This document shows, one piece after another, positions 53,712 to 64,000 of a stretch of 64,000 bases of DNA. The first letter of the stretch is position 1. Each line of letters begins with the position of its first letter. The stretch lies in NCBI GenBank assembly GCA_903888615.1, contig CAISUE010000013.1:7247-71246 (forward strand). Direction: 5' to 3'. The DNA is from an uncultured Gammaproteobacteria bacterium. Its GTDB lineage: Bacteria; Pseudomonadota; Gammaproteobacteria; CAISUE01. Under the pieces are notes generated by a model. It did not search any database. It was not told the origin of the DNA and saw only the letters and a list, made by a program, of their open reading frames with translations. Position numbers and translations under genes: made by a program.

Positions 53712-53745
53712 ATAAAAAAGGCCCTTTCTGGGCCTTTTTTAGTTA
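53712..53745. terminator. bidirectional rho-independent terminator (A6-hairpin-T6)
   Basis: aaaaaaggccc-tttct-gggcctttttt. Confidence 0.8.
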
Positions 53746-53758
53746 ATCCTAAGCAAAA

Positions 53759-54049
53759 TCAAATTACTGCTTCGATGACTTTGGGACCTTTACGGCTTTG
53801 TTCGACTGTGACGTATTGACGTAATGGCAAACCTTTCAACGTAAATAACACATAACCGTCGATCAAAGCGAATAACGTATGATCTTTACCTATACCGACA
53901 TTCGGACCGGCATGATAACGTGTACCACGTTGACGAATAATGATATTACCAGCAATAACGGATTGACCACCAAATTTTTTAACGCCTAAACGCTTTGCTT
54001 CTGAATCGCGACCATTGCGCGTACTACCACCGGCTTTTTTATGTGCCAT
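53759..54049 (-). CDS. rpmA: 50S ribosomal protein L27 (with an ~11-aa C-terminal extension)
   Basis: [25 protein letters not shown]-terminus is near-identical to E. coli L27. 96 aa, versus 85 aa in E. coli. Confidence 0.92.
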   Translation of the reverse strand: MAHKKAGGSTRNGRDSEAKRLGVKKFGGQSVIAGNIIIRQRGTRYHAGPNVGIGKDHTLFALIDGYVLFTLKGLPLRQYVTVEQSRKGPKVIEAVI

Positions 54050-54070
54050 GACGAACTCCTAGCTAAAAAC

Positions 54071-54385
54071 TTAGCCAACGTGAATTTGAGTAATTTTAAC
54101 TTGGGTATAATACTGACGATGCCCTTGTTGTTTACGATAATGCTTACGACGGCGAAATTTAATGATTCTGACTTTGGCTAAGCGCGCTTGTGCTAAGACT
54201 TCAGCACTCACTATCGCATGCGCTACTGTCGGTGTGCCAATTTTAATATCATCACCTTTGGCAACCAGTAAGACTTGATCAAAAGAAACTTGTGTGCCGA
54301 CTTCAGCAAGCAATTTTTCAATTTTTAGGGTATCGCCGATCGCGACACGATATTGTTTGCCGCCAGTCACTATTACTGCATACAT
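54071..54385 (-). CDS. rplU: 50S ribosomal protein L21
   Basis: [15 protein letters not shown]-terminus. Start taken at this Met rather than the ORF track's upstream Met. Confidence 0.92.
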   Translation of the reverse strand: MYAVIVTGGKQYRVAIGDTLKIEKLLAEVGTQVSFDQVLLVAKGDDIKIGTPTVAHAIVSAEVLAQARLAKVRIIKFRRRKHYRKQQGHRQYYTQVKITQIHVG

Positions 54386-54505
54386 GTGATCTACTCCACA
54401 ATTAAAAGGGTTACTCACCCAACTTTCAAAGATACTAAAAAGGGCCACAGATTATAGCGAGTTTCACGCCGAGACGCAATCCATGACATGAAATAAAATA
54501 AGCTG

Positions 54506-55120
54506 TTAATCACTGCATAATTTAGTGATTAACGGTTCAAATCGATATAATTGATGGGCCACACGTAAACGCCTCGCGTGGACAATCGCATTTAAATCGG
54601 CTAATGCATAATCAAAATTATCATTGATGATAATATAATCGTATTCACTGCAATGGGCCATTTCATCATGCGCTAGCGCCATTCGTTTTTGAATCACGTC
54701 AGCACTGTCTTGTCTGCGGCTACACAAACGTGCTAGCAATACTTCTTTGGACGGTGGCAATATAAAAATACTCACTACATTGGCAAAACTACACCGAATC
54801 TGCCGCGCCCCTTGCCAATCTATTTCTAACACCACATCAAAACCTGACTGCAATTGCTCTTCCACCTTAACTTGCGAAGTGCCATAGCAATTGCCAAATA
54901 CCGTAGCGGATTCTAAAAATTGTTCCGCTTCCACCATCGCTTCAAACGTTTTCAAATCCACATAATGGTAATTAACACCGTCTTGTTCACCCGGACGCAT
55001 AGCACGTGTCGTATAAGAAATCGACAAAAGCATATGACTTGCCGATTGCAACATCGCATTCACTAAACTGGTTTTACCACAGCCAGAGGGTGCTGAAATG
55101 ATATAAAGCGTTCCTAACAT
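54506..55120 (-). CDS. gmk: guanylate kinase
   Basis: P-loop SAPSGCGKTS and SYTTR motif; 204 aa. Confidence 0.92.
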   Translation of the reverse strand: MLGTLYIISAPSGCGKTSLVNAMLQSASHMLLSISYTTRAMRPGEQDGVNYHYVDLKTFEAMVEAEQFLESATVFGNCYGTSQVKVEEQLQSGFDVVLEIDWQGARQIRCSFANVVSIFILPPSKEVLLARLCSRRQDSADVIQKRMALAHDEMAHCSEYDYIIINDNFDYALADLNAIVHARRLRVAHQLYRFEPLITKLCSD

Positions 55121-55137
55121 GAATTTTATTCCTTCGT

Positions 55138-56004
55138 TTACTCGATATTCTGTATTTGTTCACGCATTTGTTCAATCAAGACTTTTAGCTCAATGACTTG
55201 CTCTGTTTGTCCTGCTGCCAACGATTTAGCACCGATAGTGTTAGCTTCACGATTTAATTCTTGCATTAAAAAATCTAAGCGTCGACCGTGCCCAGCAGAT
55301 TCGCTTAATAAATGTCGCGCTGCTGCCACATGCGCCAATAATCGAGAAATTTCTTCAGCGATATCCGAGCGCTGAGCAAACAAGACCATTTCTTGCGCTA
55401 AACGATCGGCATCCAGCGTCAAATCAGCATCAACAAAGCGTTTTTGCAAACGCGCTTGCTGCGCTAATAGCAAGCTTGGCAACTGCGCTTGTAAACAGTC
55501 ACCAATTTGCTCAAGGCGGGTGATACGTTGTTCTAAAAACGCTTTAATCGTTTGGCCTTCTTTTTCTCGCGCTTCATGTAAAATAACCAGAGCTTGCTTA
55601 AAGCCATAAGCGACATCTTGCCATAATGCTACGCGATCAAAACCTTCTAAACCCAACACACCAGGCCATTTTAATAAGTCCAAAGGAGAAACAGGCGCTG
55701 GATTAGTCAATTGTTTAGCAATTCGCTCCACCGCTTCGATCAACTGCGTTAACATAGATTGATCTACGGGTAAATCATGGTGGTTATCAGCATGCCATTC
55801 TAATTTCACCGTAATCTCAAATTTACCGCGCTTACAGCTTTGCCGTAATTCATCACGCAACAACGGTTCAAGGTTTTGCAAAGCTTCCGGCAATCGAAAA
55901 TTAGCTTCGAAAAACCGATGATTTAACGAGCGAATCTCATAAGTAAGATGCATTAACCCTGTTTGCTGCAAAAATCTAGCAAAACCTGTCATGCTGTAAG
56001 TCAT
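55138..56004 (-). CDS. yicC: YicC-family stress-induced protein (RNase adaptor family)
   Basis: 288 aa with an MTGFAR-like N-terminus and the C-terminal motif LNREANTIGAKS. Confidence 0.8.
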   Translation of the reverse strand: MTYSMTGFARFLQQTGLMHLTYEIRSLNHRFFEANFRLPEALQNLEPLLRDELRQSCKRGKFEITVKLEWHADNHHDLPVDQSMLTQLIEAVERIAKQLTNPAPVSPLDLLKWPGVLGLEGFDRVALWQDVAYGFKQALVILHEAREKEGQTIKAFLEQRITRLEQIGDCLQAQLPSLLLAQQARLQKRFVDADLTLDADRLAQEMVLFAQRSDIAEEISRLLAHVAAARHLLSESAGHGRRLDFLMQELNREANTIGAKSLAAGQTEQVIELKVLIEQMREQIQNIE

Positions 56005-56071
56005 AGCTTTAATCCTGTCAAAAACACTCCACGCGTGGCAGGCATTCTACACGGAAACCAGCGTTTTAGCG

Positions 56072-57277
56072 CTAAGAATCCACCGACTCGATCAATTCTA
56101 CCCGTTCAATTTTACCAAAACGATCGGATATTTTTGTCGCTGATACATGCACTTCTTGGACATCTTTGTGTGCTTGTGCGACATGCTTGGCTAATTGATC
56201 CATCCTCACTTGAAAGCGTTCAAAATCTTTCGACAATTCATGTAAATATTTTTGAATAAGCGACACTTGCTGGCGTGTCGCGGCATCTTTTAAAATTGCC
56301 CGCGCCGTCGTTAACACTGCCATCAAGGTGGTCGGGGATGTTAACCACACGCGTTGCCGTTGCGCTTCTTCTACCACATCAGGATGACGACTGTGGATTT
56401 CAGCAAACACAGCTTCAGCGGGGATAAACATGATCGCACTATCGGTGGTTTCTGGCATTAAAATGTACTTATCAGCAATCGCTTTAATATGCGCACGGAC
56501 ATCGAGTTTAAATTGCTTTTCAGCACTTTTTCGTTCAGCTTCGGGTAAATCGATTTGCACACTGCGTCGAAAAGCTTCCAGCGGAAATTTAGCATCGATA
56601 ACCATCGAACCGGTCGGTTCCGGCAAAAACAAAATACAATCGCAGCGTTTACCATTACCCAGCGTGTATTGCAGGGCATAATGCGCTTCTGGCATAGCGT
56701 TTTGCACCAAAGCCGCTAATTGGACTTCTCCAAATACCCCTCGACAACGTTTATCCGCTAAAATTTCTTGTAATGACACGACATTAATCGATAATTCAGT
56801 GATTTTCTTTTGTGCTTCATCAATCAATGCTAAACGTTTAACCACATCCGTAAAGGTCGCAGTGGTTTTTTCAAAGCCTTCAGTCAAACGCTTATCGACT
56901 TGACCTGAGATATCCCGCAAACGCGCATCGACTTGGGTGGTTAAATTTTGGATTTGGGTTGCTTGTCCATCGATTTTTTGCGTTAATAGCTGTAACAGTT
57001 GCTGCTGTAAATGGTTAAGGTTTTCTTGAATCAATTTAACCGTATCTAATTGAAACTGGTGATACGCTTGAGTATGTTCTTGACGCTGGTTTTGCCACTG
57101 CGTTTGAAACTCATTCAAACTGGTTTTAATGTCCGAATGATTGGTTTGAACGAAATCTAAATTGGCTTGCAATTTATACAGTGCCAAATGCTGCCTGGAT
57201 TGCTGCAGTAATAACCAAAACACCAGCATCAAGGTAAAGAGGGACAGTACTGTGCCAACAACTAACAAAACATTCAT
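56072..57277 (-). CDS. rmuC: DNA recombination protein RmuC
   Basis: N-terminal transmembrane anchor, a long coiled-coil, and a C-terminal RmuC nuclease-like domain; 401 aa. Confidence 0.8.
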   Translation of the reverse strand: MNVLLVVGTVLSLFTLMLVFWLLLQQSRQHLALYKLQANLDFVQTNHSDIKTSLNEFQTQWQNQRQEHTQAYHQFQLDTVKLIQENLNHLQQQLLQLLTQKIDGQATQIQNLTTQVDARLRDISGQVDKRLTEGFEKTTATFTDVVKRLALIDEAQKKITELSINVVSLQEILADKRCRGVFGEVQLAALVQNAMPEAHYALQYTLGNGKRCDCILFLPEPTGSMVIDAKFPLEAFRRSVQIDLPEAERKSAEKQFKLDVRAHIKAIADKYILMPETTDSAIMFIPAEAVFAEIHSRHPDVVEEAQRQRVWLTSPTTLMAVLTTARAILKDAATRQQVSLIQKYLHELSKDFERFQVRMDQLAKHVAQAHKDVQEVHVSATKISDRFGKIERVELIESVDS

Positions 57278-57386
57278 AAATGACGACCTGATTACGGTAA
57301 ATAAACTGCTAGCTTAGCAGTTTAGCTCGAGCGCACCCATAACTTTTTGTTACTATTGCCAATTACTCTTGATTAACGCTTACTTT

Positions 57387-57980
57387 ATGACTTCTGACCA
57401 TACACGCTACCGCTTTTTAACAGAACATGCCTTAGCTTTAAAAGGCAGTTTGTTGATCGCTATGCCCAAATTAAGTCACTCCCCCTTTGACCATAGTGTT
57501 TGCTATGTGTGCCAACACGATGAACTCGGCGCACTGGGTTTATTGATTAATCAACCTATCGCCATGAGCGTGGTGGATCTTTTTATCGACCAAGGTTTAA
57601 AAATAGCTAAGGATTTCCCTTATCAACCTTTGCTCATTGGCGGCCCCTTGCAACGTGAGCGTGGCTTTGTCTTGCACCGACAATTAGGCACTTGGCGCAC
57701 TACTTTGCCTATCAATGAAGATTTCTGTATCACCACTTCTCAGGATATTTTGCTAACCATTGCCCAACAACAAAACCCTAAAGATTTTCTAATTATTTTA
57801 GGCTATGCGGCTTGGGCACCTGGTCAATTGGAATATGAAATCAGTCAAAATCACTGGTTAATAGCACCCGCCACCGCCGAATTAGTGTTCCACACGCCTT
57901 ACGAACAACGTTGGCAAAAAGCGATTGACAGTGTCCATTTTAATTTAGCCGGTTTAATTGAAGAGGCAGGCCATGCATGA
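57387..57980 (+). CDS. yqgE: YqgE/AlgH-family protein (UPF0301)
   Basis: Family-typical GSLLIAMP, GLLINQP and GGPLQRERGFVLH motifs. Confidence 0.8.
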   Translation: MTSDHTRYRFLTEHALALKGSLLIAMPKLSHSPFDHSVCYVCQHDELGALGLLINQPIAMSVVDLFIDQGLKIAKDFPYQPLLIGGPLQRERGFVLHRQLGTWRTTLPINEDFCITTSQDILLTIAQQQNPKDFLIILGYAAWAPGQLEYEISQNHWLIAPATAELVFHTPYEQRWQKAIDSVHFNLAGLIEEAGHA

Positions 57981-58413
57981 CAATTTTATTGTTTTAGGTT
58001 TCGATGTCGGCGCTAAAAAAACAGGGGTCGCTATCGGCCAAAGTTTAACCAGTAGTGCTCGTGCTTTACCACAAATTGCCTGTCACACGGCAGTACCAGT
58101 GGATTTAAAGCTTGTTAAAACCTTAATTGCCACCTGGCGACCCAATGCCCTGGTTGTTGGTATGCCGCTTCGGCCTGATGGCAAAGCACAACGTGCTACC
58201 CAACAAGCACTGGATTTTATCGATTACTTAAAATGCCAATGTGATTTACCTATCTATACGATCGATGAACAATTAACCACGAAAAGCGCACGGGCCGATC
58301 TCTTTGAAGCCGGTGGTTATCGTTATTTGCAAAAGAGTGACGTCGATGGTTATGCAGCGAAATTAATTGTCGAGAGTTGGTTAGCGGAACAAAGGCTAAC
58401 GTTACCAAGCTAA
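57973..58413 (+). CDS. ruvX: putative pre-16S rRNA nuclease / Holliday-junction-resolvase-like YqgF (RuvX)
   Basis: VLGFDVGAKKTGVAIG N-terminus (RNase H fold). Conserved yqgE-yqgF pairing. Confidence 0.85.
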   Translation: MHDNFIVLGFDVGAKKTGVAIGQSLTSSARALPQIACHTAVPVDLKLVKTLIATWRPNALVVGMPLRPDGKAQRATQQALDFIDYLKCQCDLPIYTIDEQLTTKSARADLFEAGGYRYLQKSDVDGYAAKLIVESWLAEQRLTLPS

Positions 58414-58534
58414 ACACGGGGCAATTCATCGAGCTTGACACTTGCCATAACCAGATAATGAAAATATTTTTCATTATCTGACGAAAATATCTTGGCTTGT
58501 GGGACACAAGTGTCTATAATCGCTGTTCATTTCC

Positions 58535-58626
58535 GGAGAGATGGCCGAGCGGTTGAAGGCGCTCCCCTGCTAAGGGAGTATGGGGTCAACACTCCATCGA
58601 GGGTTCGAATCCCTCTCTCTCCGCCA
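58535..58626 (+). tRNA. tRNA-Ser (anticodon GCU)
   Basis: GGAGAGATGGCCGAGCGGTTGAAGGCGCTCCCCTGCTAAGGGAG...long variable arm...GGTTCGAATCCCTCTCTCTCCGCCA. Confidence 0.88.
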
Positions 58627-58692
58627 ATTTAAGCATGCTGTCGAACACATCCCACTGTCGCGCCCTTGGCGCCACCGCAATGCAGCAACGCC

Positions 58693-58737
58693 ACGCTTCT
58701 GACGATTGTCAGTTAGCCACTTAAGAATCGTCAGAAA
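58693..58737. other. 11-bp perfect inverted repeat with a 23-nt loop, downstream of tRNA-Ser
   Basis: ttctgacgatt ... aatcgtcagaa. Confidence 0.5.
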
Positions 58738-58834
58738 TAGTCTAAATATAATCAAAATCCATCAATAACTCTTTTGGAATTCGATCGAGAACCGAACAAG
58801 GATGGGTTTTGGTATATTGGATGATGTGTGGGCA

Positions 58835-59137
58835 TCAATAAGGCCCATAAAAAACGCGATAATACAAACACACCAATTGAAAAAACACCATTTGACGAGG
58901 CTTTCGGCCTGTTTGTGTCGCAAGCTTTTGAACCGTCGAAGCACAAACATTCATCCTTTTGGCAATGCGTGAATAGGTGTAACCCGCCACCTCAACCAAT
59001 TCTCGAATCATCACCACCCAATACGCTTCTAAATTACTATCATTCCAAATAATCAGCGAAGTTTTCAACAGTGCAGCATGCTCACTCTTAAAATGAATAA
59101 CCGATTGTAACTCGTGCTGCAGATCAATTTTAGTCAT
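58835..59137 (-). CDS. small helix-turn-helix protein; possible remnant of a mobile-element DNA-binding (transposase or resolvase N-terminal) module
   Basis: 100-aa ORF with an HTH-like segment ELVEVAGYTYSRIAKRMNVCASTVQKL. Located between tRNA-Ser and an AT-rich cargo gene. Confidence 0.4.
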   Translation of the reverse strand: MTKIDLQHELQSVIHFKSEHAALLKTSLIIWNDSNLEAYWVVMIRELVEVAGYTYSRIAKRMNVCASTVQKLATQTGRKPRQMVFFQLVCLYYRVFYGPY

Positions 59138-59268
59138 AACAATTCTCCTGAACGTTGAAAATTAAACGAACATTCATATTATTAAAGCCATTGTTGCTAA
59201 AATATTAACCCCTGTAAAGATGGCACCGCCGTTTAGTCGTTACTATTTACGGCTAGTAGGCCATTTTA

Positions 59269-60981
59269 TCACTGTATACTTGACCTACGCAGCTCAGTAT
59301 CAGCTGAAGTGTTTTCAAGGGCTACAAAAAAATTATCGCCCTGAAATTCATCCGTATTTTGGGAAGTCATAGTTCTCATCATGATGGTTAATGCTGAGGC
59401 ACCAGGCAACACCGGCCTATAATCCAGAGTTTCTAGATCAGCATTTTCAAACGAGGTACGGCTAGATTCAGGTTTAATCGTAAGTAAATCCCGCTCGGCC
59501 GGCTGACAACACGTTAATTGCCCGATATAAGCGATCGCTTGTTTACTGCCGACCAAACCCAATGACGCATACATGATAATGCTGTTTAAAAAACTTAAGG
59601 CAGCAAGCGCTATTAAACCATTAATGACATTCTGCTGTGTTTGCACATCGGTATACGCATCAATAATCATTAAGCTGCCAGTGAATCCTCCCACCGTACT
59701 ACTAAAACTATCGATAAGCATAATCAAAATCGCATAATGCGGATAACGTGAAGCAACGGGTATCGCCTCAACTGGATTTTCTGGAAAATACTGTTTAATT
59801 AATTCGTAACTACTGAATGCTGAGGCAAACACACTGGGAAAAATGGAAATAAAGGCATTGCTTACAATAAATACCGTTTTCCAAGCAGGCGTTAAATAGT
59901 GAGCTGGTGGAAAACTGTCTAAACTTTTAGCGGTAATTAAATACGACCAACCGATGCCTGAAAGAATACCTAATACGGTCGACATTAAGGTAATGAGCAT
60001 GGCTTTTTTAGGAATGCCAAAATTACCTTTAACCAACCCATCATCCAAACTTTGGCAAAAAGCTTTAACACCTTCATGCATCTTAGCTAAATTAAAATTC
60101 AAATAAGACACAATGGCTGAAATAGCAACCAAAACCCCTAAGGTTATTTTTACGCTTTCCACTAAGGTCGAATCGGCCGTATCAGTTAAGCTATAACCTG
60201 ACACATAACCATTGAGTAAAGAAAATGGCACCGAAAGGCAACACAGCGTATAAAACACATAATAGACGCTACGCGCTATCACGCCATAAGGCAAGCTAGC
60301 GGCTGCGTTCCGCTTGGCAATAAACAAGGCTAATAACTCTACACTTAAGGCATCCACTAATAAACTATGTGCATTACCTGCCGATAAGATATCTTCTTCT
60401 TGATTCCCAACCAAGTGGTTGCTAATCGCCAGATGCAACTCTTCTAATAATTGTTGATCGTGACGACTCAGACTAGTGGCGCGCTGGCTGCGGTTATTTC
60501 TATCGATCCGATAAAGTTTTTGATCGCGCAAAGAAAACACAAAACAGCCACGTAAATCAATATCGGCACTATCCGCTAAATCATCTGTTTCAGAAAAATC
60601 TAAGGCTGAGGCATAAAGTGCTGTTAATGCTTTTTTTTGAGGCAAGAAATAGTGATAAATTTTTGGTGCACGCGTCGCACCAGTCGCTAACACATCGATC
60701 ATCATAAAAAATAACATAATCGGTATGGAGGCAGTCGCGTTAAAATGTGTAAAACGAACTAACAAAGAATTAACACCAATCACATTTAAGCCAGCGGATT
60801 GGATAATTTTCCCACCACTAAAAAACGATGCCAAGAGCACGCGCAACAGATACGAATCGGTTAAGCGTTGAATATTATTAATTAAATAAGGCGCTTGCCA
60901 ACCCGAATTTGAATCATTCATCATAATAACGACCTTATAAAAGCTGAATTTAACTTGAAAAAAGAATATTTCAAGCAACAA
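59269..60981 (-). CDS. hypothetical polytopic membrane protein (570 aa), AT-rich, lineage-specific
   Basis: At least 10 hydrophobic segments and no recognisable transporter signature motifs. The start may be at an internal Met (MMNDSNSG). Promoter-like tataat elements lie in the AT-rich 60982-61100 spacer. Confidence 0.65.
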   Translation of the reverse strand: MLLEIFFFQVKFSFYKVVIMMNDSNSGWQAPYLINNIQRLTDSYLLRVLLASFFSGGKIIQSAGLNVIGVNSLLVRFTHFNATASIPIMLFFMMIDVLATGATRAPKIYHYFLPQKKALTALYASALDFSETDDLADSADIDLRGCFVFSLRDQKLYRIDRNNRSQRATSLSRHDQQLLEELHLAISNHLVGNQEEDILSAGNAHSLLVDALSVELLALFIAKRNAAASLPYGVIARSVYYVFYTLCCLSVPFSLLNGYVSGYSLTDTADSTLVESVKITLGVLVAISAIVSYLNFNLAKMHEGVKAFCQSLDDGLVKGNFGIPKKAMLITLMSTVLGILSGIGWSYLITAKSLDSFPPAHYLTPAWKTVFIVSNAFISIFPSVFASAFSSYELIKQYFPENPVEAIPVASRYPHYAILIMLIDSFSSTVGGFTGSLMIIDAYTDVQTQQNVINGLIALAALSFLNSIIMYASLGLVGSKQAIAYIGQLTCCQPAERDLLTIKPESSRTSFENADLETLDYRPVLPGASALTIMMRTMTSQNTDEFQGDNFFVALENTSADTELRRSSIQ

Positions 60982-61086
60982 TCAGACTCATTTGTATATA
61001 ATCGCTATTATAATGCATAATATATGCTTTATAAACATACATTCAATAAAAAGATAATTTAATTTTAGTGCGGTTAACATTTACCC

Positions 61087-61160
61087 CGATTTTTTAAAAT
61101 AAAAAAACCCCCGTACGTAAATTTAGTGACCAATTTAAGTACGGGGGTTGGTTTTTAACA
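61087..61160 (-). terminator. rho-independent terminator of rpoC (bidirectional)
   Basis: cccccgtac-N22-gtacggggg followed by T7 on the minus strand. Confidence 0.75.
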
Positions 61161-61167
61161 AATCCAC

Positions 61168-64000
61168 TTATTCTTGCAACGCTTCACTCAACGCAGATTC
61201 AACATCTCTCACTGTTACTTGACTTAAATCCATATCAGGCTTGATATTGGCTTTCTTGCTCTCTTGCTTGGCTTTACGATGCGAATGATACGCTAAACCC
61301 GTACCGGCTGGAATTAACCGTCCGACAATAACATTTTCTTTCAAGCCGCGGAGGCCGTCCATTTTGCCACAAACGGCTGCTTCCGTTAAGACGCGGGTGG
61401 TTTCTTGGAACGATGCTGCCGAAATAAAGGATTCAGTCGATAAAGAAGCTTTGGTAATCCCCAATAATTCCACTTGGAAACCCGTCAGTAATTTACCTTC
61501 TTTACGCATTTTATCGTTTTCATCTTTAATCCGTGCGACATCGACTTGTTCACCTTTCAAGAAACGGGTATCCCCGGCTTCGGTAATGACCGCTTTACGG
61601 AGCATTTGACGCACAATGACTTCGATATGTTTATCATTGATTTTCACCCCTTGTAAACGATACACATCTTGCACTTCATTGACCATGTAATTCGCCAGAC
61701 GACCAATACCCAATAAACGCAAAATATCATGCGGGTTAGGTTGACCATCAGAAATCACTTCACCGCGCTCGACGTGTTCACCTTCAAATACACTGACTTG
61801 ACGCCATTTAGGAATCAATTCTTCATGAATATCGTCGTTTTGATTAGTGATCACTAAGCGACGTTTACCTTTGGTTTCTTTACCGAAACTAATGGTGCCA
61901 GAAATTTCCGCTAAAATAGCCGGTTCTTTCGGTTTACGTGCTTCAAAAATATCCGCCACGCGTGGTAAACCACCGGTAATATCGCCGGATTTCGACCCTT
62001 CTTGTGGAATACGTGCGATAACATCACCAACACCCACTGCCACACCATCGTTTAGATTTACAATCGACCCGATAGGTAAGAAATAATTCGCTGGCGTATT
62101 GGTACCGGCTAACATTAAATCATTACCATCGATATCGACTAATTTGATCATGGGCCGTAAATCTTTACCCAAGGAACCGCGTTGTTTAGCATCGGTGACG
62201 ACCAAACTGGTTAAACCCGTCAAATCATCGGCTTGACGATTAATCGTTACCCCTTCAACTAGATCGATAAACTTCACGCGCCCGGCGACTTCTGTCACGA
62301 TGGGGTGAGTATGCGGATCCCAATTGGCAATGATATCGCCTTGTTCAACATCGGTACCGTCTTTGACCATCAACACGGAACCATAAGGAATTTTATAGCG
62401 TTCACGTTCACGATTATGGGTATCGACCACCGTCAAAATACCGGAGCGCGATACTGCGATTAAATTGCCAGAGGCATGTTGAACGACTTTAATATTGTGT
62501 AATTTAACGCAACCGGTACTCTTGACTTGAACACTATTGGCAGCCGATGCTCTGGATGCAGCTCCCCCAATGTGGAATGTCCGCATGGTTAACTGCGTAC
62601 CAGGCTCACCGATCGATTGCGCTGCCATCACACCGACCGCTTCACCCATATTGACAATCGCACCGCGTGCTAAATCGCGACCATAACACATGGCACAAAT
62701 ACCATAGCGCGTTTCACAGGTAATGGGCGAACGCACTTTAACATTATCGACACTGTGTTTTTCTAAGAAATCAACCCAAGTTTCATCGAGTAAAATACCC
62801 GCTGTCGCAATAACGGTTTCAGAACGCGGCGCTAACACATCTTCGATTAATACCCGACCTAAAATACGTTCACGTAAGGGTTCGATCACATCCCCCCCTT
62901 CAATATGCGGCGTCATCAAGAGGCCGTGCGTCGTGCCACAATCATGGGTAGTTACCACTAAATCTTGCGCTACATCGACTAAACGGCGAGTTAAATAACC
63001 CGAGTTGGCTGTTTTCAATGCCGTATCCGCCAAACCTTTACGCGCACCGTGGGTAGACGTAAAGTATTGCAGAACCGTCAAACCTTCACGGAAATTAGCG
63101 GTAATCGGTGTTTCAATGATCGAACCATCCGGTTTCACCATCAAACCACGCATCCCGGCTAATTGGCGCATTTGTTGCGCCGAACCCCGTGCACCCGAAT
63201 CGGCCATCATATAAACGGAATTAAATGATTCTTGTTCACGTGTAGCGCCATCTGGCATGGTAACCGTTTCAGTCGCCAATTTTTTCATCATCGCTTTAGC
63301 GACTTGTTCATTACAACCCGACCAAATATCAACGACTTTATTATAGCGCTCAACGTTAGTAACTAACCCAGTCGCGTATTGGTTTTCAATTTCTTCCACT
63401 TCGCGTTCAGAAGCTTCAATCAAACTTTGTTTTTGCTCAGGAATCACTAAATCATCGATACCAATAGAAATCCCGGAACGAGTCGCGTATTTAAACCCGG
63501 TATACATCAATTGATCGGCAAAAATAACCGTTTCTTTCAAACCCAAACGACGGTAACATGCATTTAATAACGCTGAAATGGTTTTCTTGGTTAAAGGTCT
63601 ATTGGCTAGCGCAAACGGAATCCCTTTCGGTACGATAGTGGATAATAAAGCGCGTCCCACCGTGGTATCAGTCACCCGCGTTACTTCTTCCGGTTGATTG
63701 CTCGCATTTAAAATCGTATACGTCATGCGCACTTTGATTTTGGCATGCAAATCGGCAAAGCCGTTTTCATACAAACGGTGCACTTCGGTAACATCGGTAC
63801 AAATTGCCCCTTCACCCAGAGCATTCAACCGATCCCGCGTCATATAATAAAGACCCAACACCACATCTTGCGACGGCACGATGATCGGTTCACCATTGGC
63901 AGGCGATAAGATATTGTTGGTCGACATCATTAAAGTGCGGGCTTCTAACTGTGCTTCAATAGTCAAAGGTACGTGAACTGCCATTTGATCGCCATCGAAA
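61168..64000 (-). CDS. rpoC: DNA-directed RNA polymerase subunit beta' (C-terminal ~940 codons; gene continues beyond window end)
   Basis: Highly conserved segments AVHVPL, NADFDGDQM-region downstream motifs, and [20 protein letters not shown] near the C-terminus. Confidence 0.95.
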   Translation of the reverse strand, partial: FDGDQMAVHVPLTIEAQLEARTLMMSTNNILSPANGEPIIVPSQDVVLGLYYMTRDRLNALGEGAICTDVTEVHRLYENGFADLHAKIKVRMTYTILNASNQPEEVTRVTDTTVGRALLSTIVPKGIPFALANRPLTKKTISALLNACYRRLGLKETVIFADQLMYTGFKYATRSGISIGIDDLVIPEQKQSLIEASEREVEEIENQYATGLVTNVERYNKVVDIWSGCNEQVAKAMMKKLATETVTMPDGATREQESFNSVYMMADSGARGSAQQMRQLAGMRGLMVKPDGSIIETPITANFREGLTVLQYFTSTHGARKGLADTALKTANSGYLTRRLVDVAQDLVVTTHDCGTTHGLLMTPHIEGGDVIEPLRERILGRVLIEDVLAPRSETVIATAGILLDETWVDFLEKHSVDNVKVRSPITCETRYGICAMCYGRDLARGAIVNMGEAVGVMAAQSIGEPGTQLTMRTFHIGGAASRASAANSVQVKSTGCVKLHNIKVVQHASGNLIAVSRSGILTVVDTHNRERERYKIPYGSVLMVKDGTDVEQGDIIANWDPHTHPIVTEVAGRVKFIDLVEGVTINRQADDLTGLTSLVVTDAKQRGSLGKDLRPMIKLVDIDGNDLMLAGTNTPANYFLPIGSIVNLNDGVAVGVGDVIARIPQEGSKSGDITGGLPRVADIFEARKPKEPAILAEISGTISFGKETKGKRRLVITNQNDDIHEELIPKWRQVSVFEGEHVERGEVISDGQPNPHDILRLLGIGRLANYMVNEVQDVYRLQGVKINDKHIEVIVRQMLRKAVITEAGDTRFLKGEQVDVARIKDENDKMRKEGKLLTGFQVELLGITKASLSTESFISAASFQETTRVLTEAAVCGKMDGLRGLKENVIVGRLIPAGTGLAYHSHRKAKQESKKANIKPDMDLSQVTVRDVESALSEALQE

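Noticed and set aside
59180-59212. TTAATATT and TTAATAAT motifs (PmrA-like half sites) between the 570-aa gene and the HTH ORF
   Set aside because: The half sites are about 15 nt apart rather than the 2-nt tandem spacing of the PmrA consensus. AT-rich DNA generates such matches readily.
58627-61167. Intact genomic island with an integrase at tRNA-Ser
   Set aside because: No integrase or recombinase gene and no direct repeat of the tRNA 3' end were found. Only an HTH fragment remains, so I reported the region as a degraded islet rather than a mobile element.

Overview
This 64 kb window is a gammaproteobacterial chromosome segment of roughly 43-45% GC. It is mostly a conserved housekeeping backbone. 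Genes recognised: nuoFEDCBA, tRNA-Leu, secG, tpiA, alr, lolA, tadA, rlmB, tsaB, rodA, alaS, birA, nrdB, lpxA, fabZ, lpxD, skp, rpiA, ispA, deaD, pgk, hemB, a PmrAB/QseBC-like two-component pair, mutT, coaD, pgsA, cdd, wrbA, rnpB, mdh, rlmKL, STAS-mlaE/mlaF, uvrA, rpmA, rplU, gmk, yicC, rmuC, yqgE, ruvX, tRNA-Ser and the 3' part of rpoC. Several AT-rich lineage-specific insertions interrupt this backbone. They are a 738-aa polytopic membrane protein, a 1008-aa hydrophilic protein, a 253-aa hydrophilic protein, and a 570-aa membrane protein with a helix-turn-helix remnant next to tRNA-Ser. All four look like horizontally acquired cargo, possibly type IVB secretion effectors in a Legionellales-like organism. 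That taxonomic placement is an inference from the EnhA-like L,D-transpeptidase paralogues and the PmrAB-like two-component system. The most unusual locus is 24.0-27.3 kb. Three full copies and one degenerate copy of a roughly 170-250 bp palindromic MITE/REP-like repeat occur in the window, and two inverted copies bracket an orphan nrdB that carries a tandem NrdR-box-like operator. Immediately after it, a tandem pair of small secreted-protein cassettes share an identical consensus sigma-70 promoter, 5'UTR, signal peptide and terminator, including a copied lpxA 3' fragment. Their mature regions are completely unrelated, and the second copy is put out of frame by an A7 to A6 homopolymer change. 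This looks like a recombination or phase-variation cassette system worth follow-up. No CRISPR arrays, rRNA genes, integrases or intact IS elements were seen.
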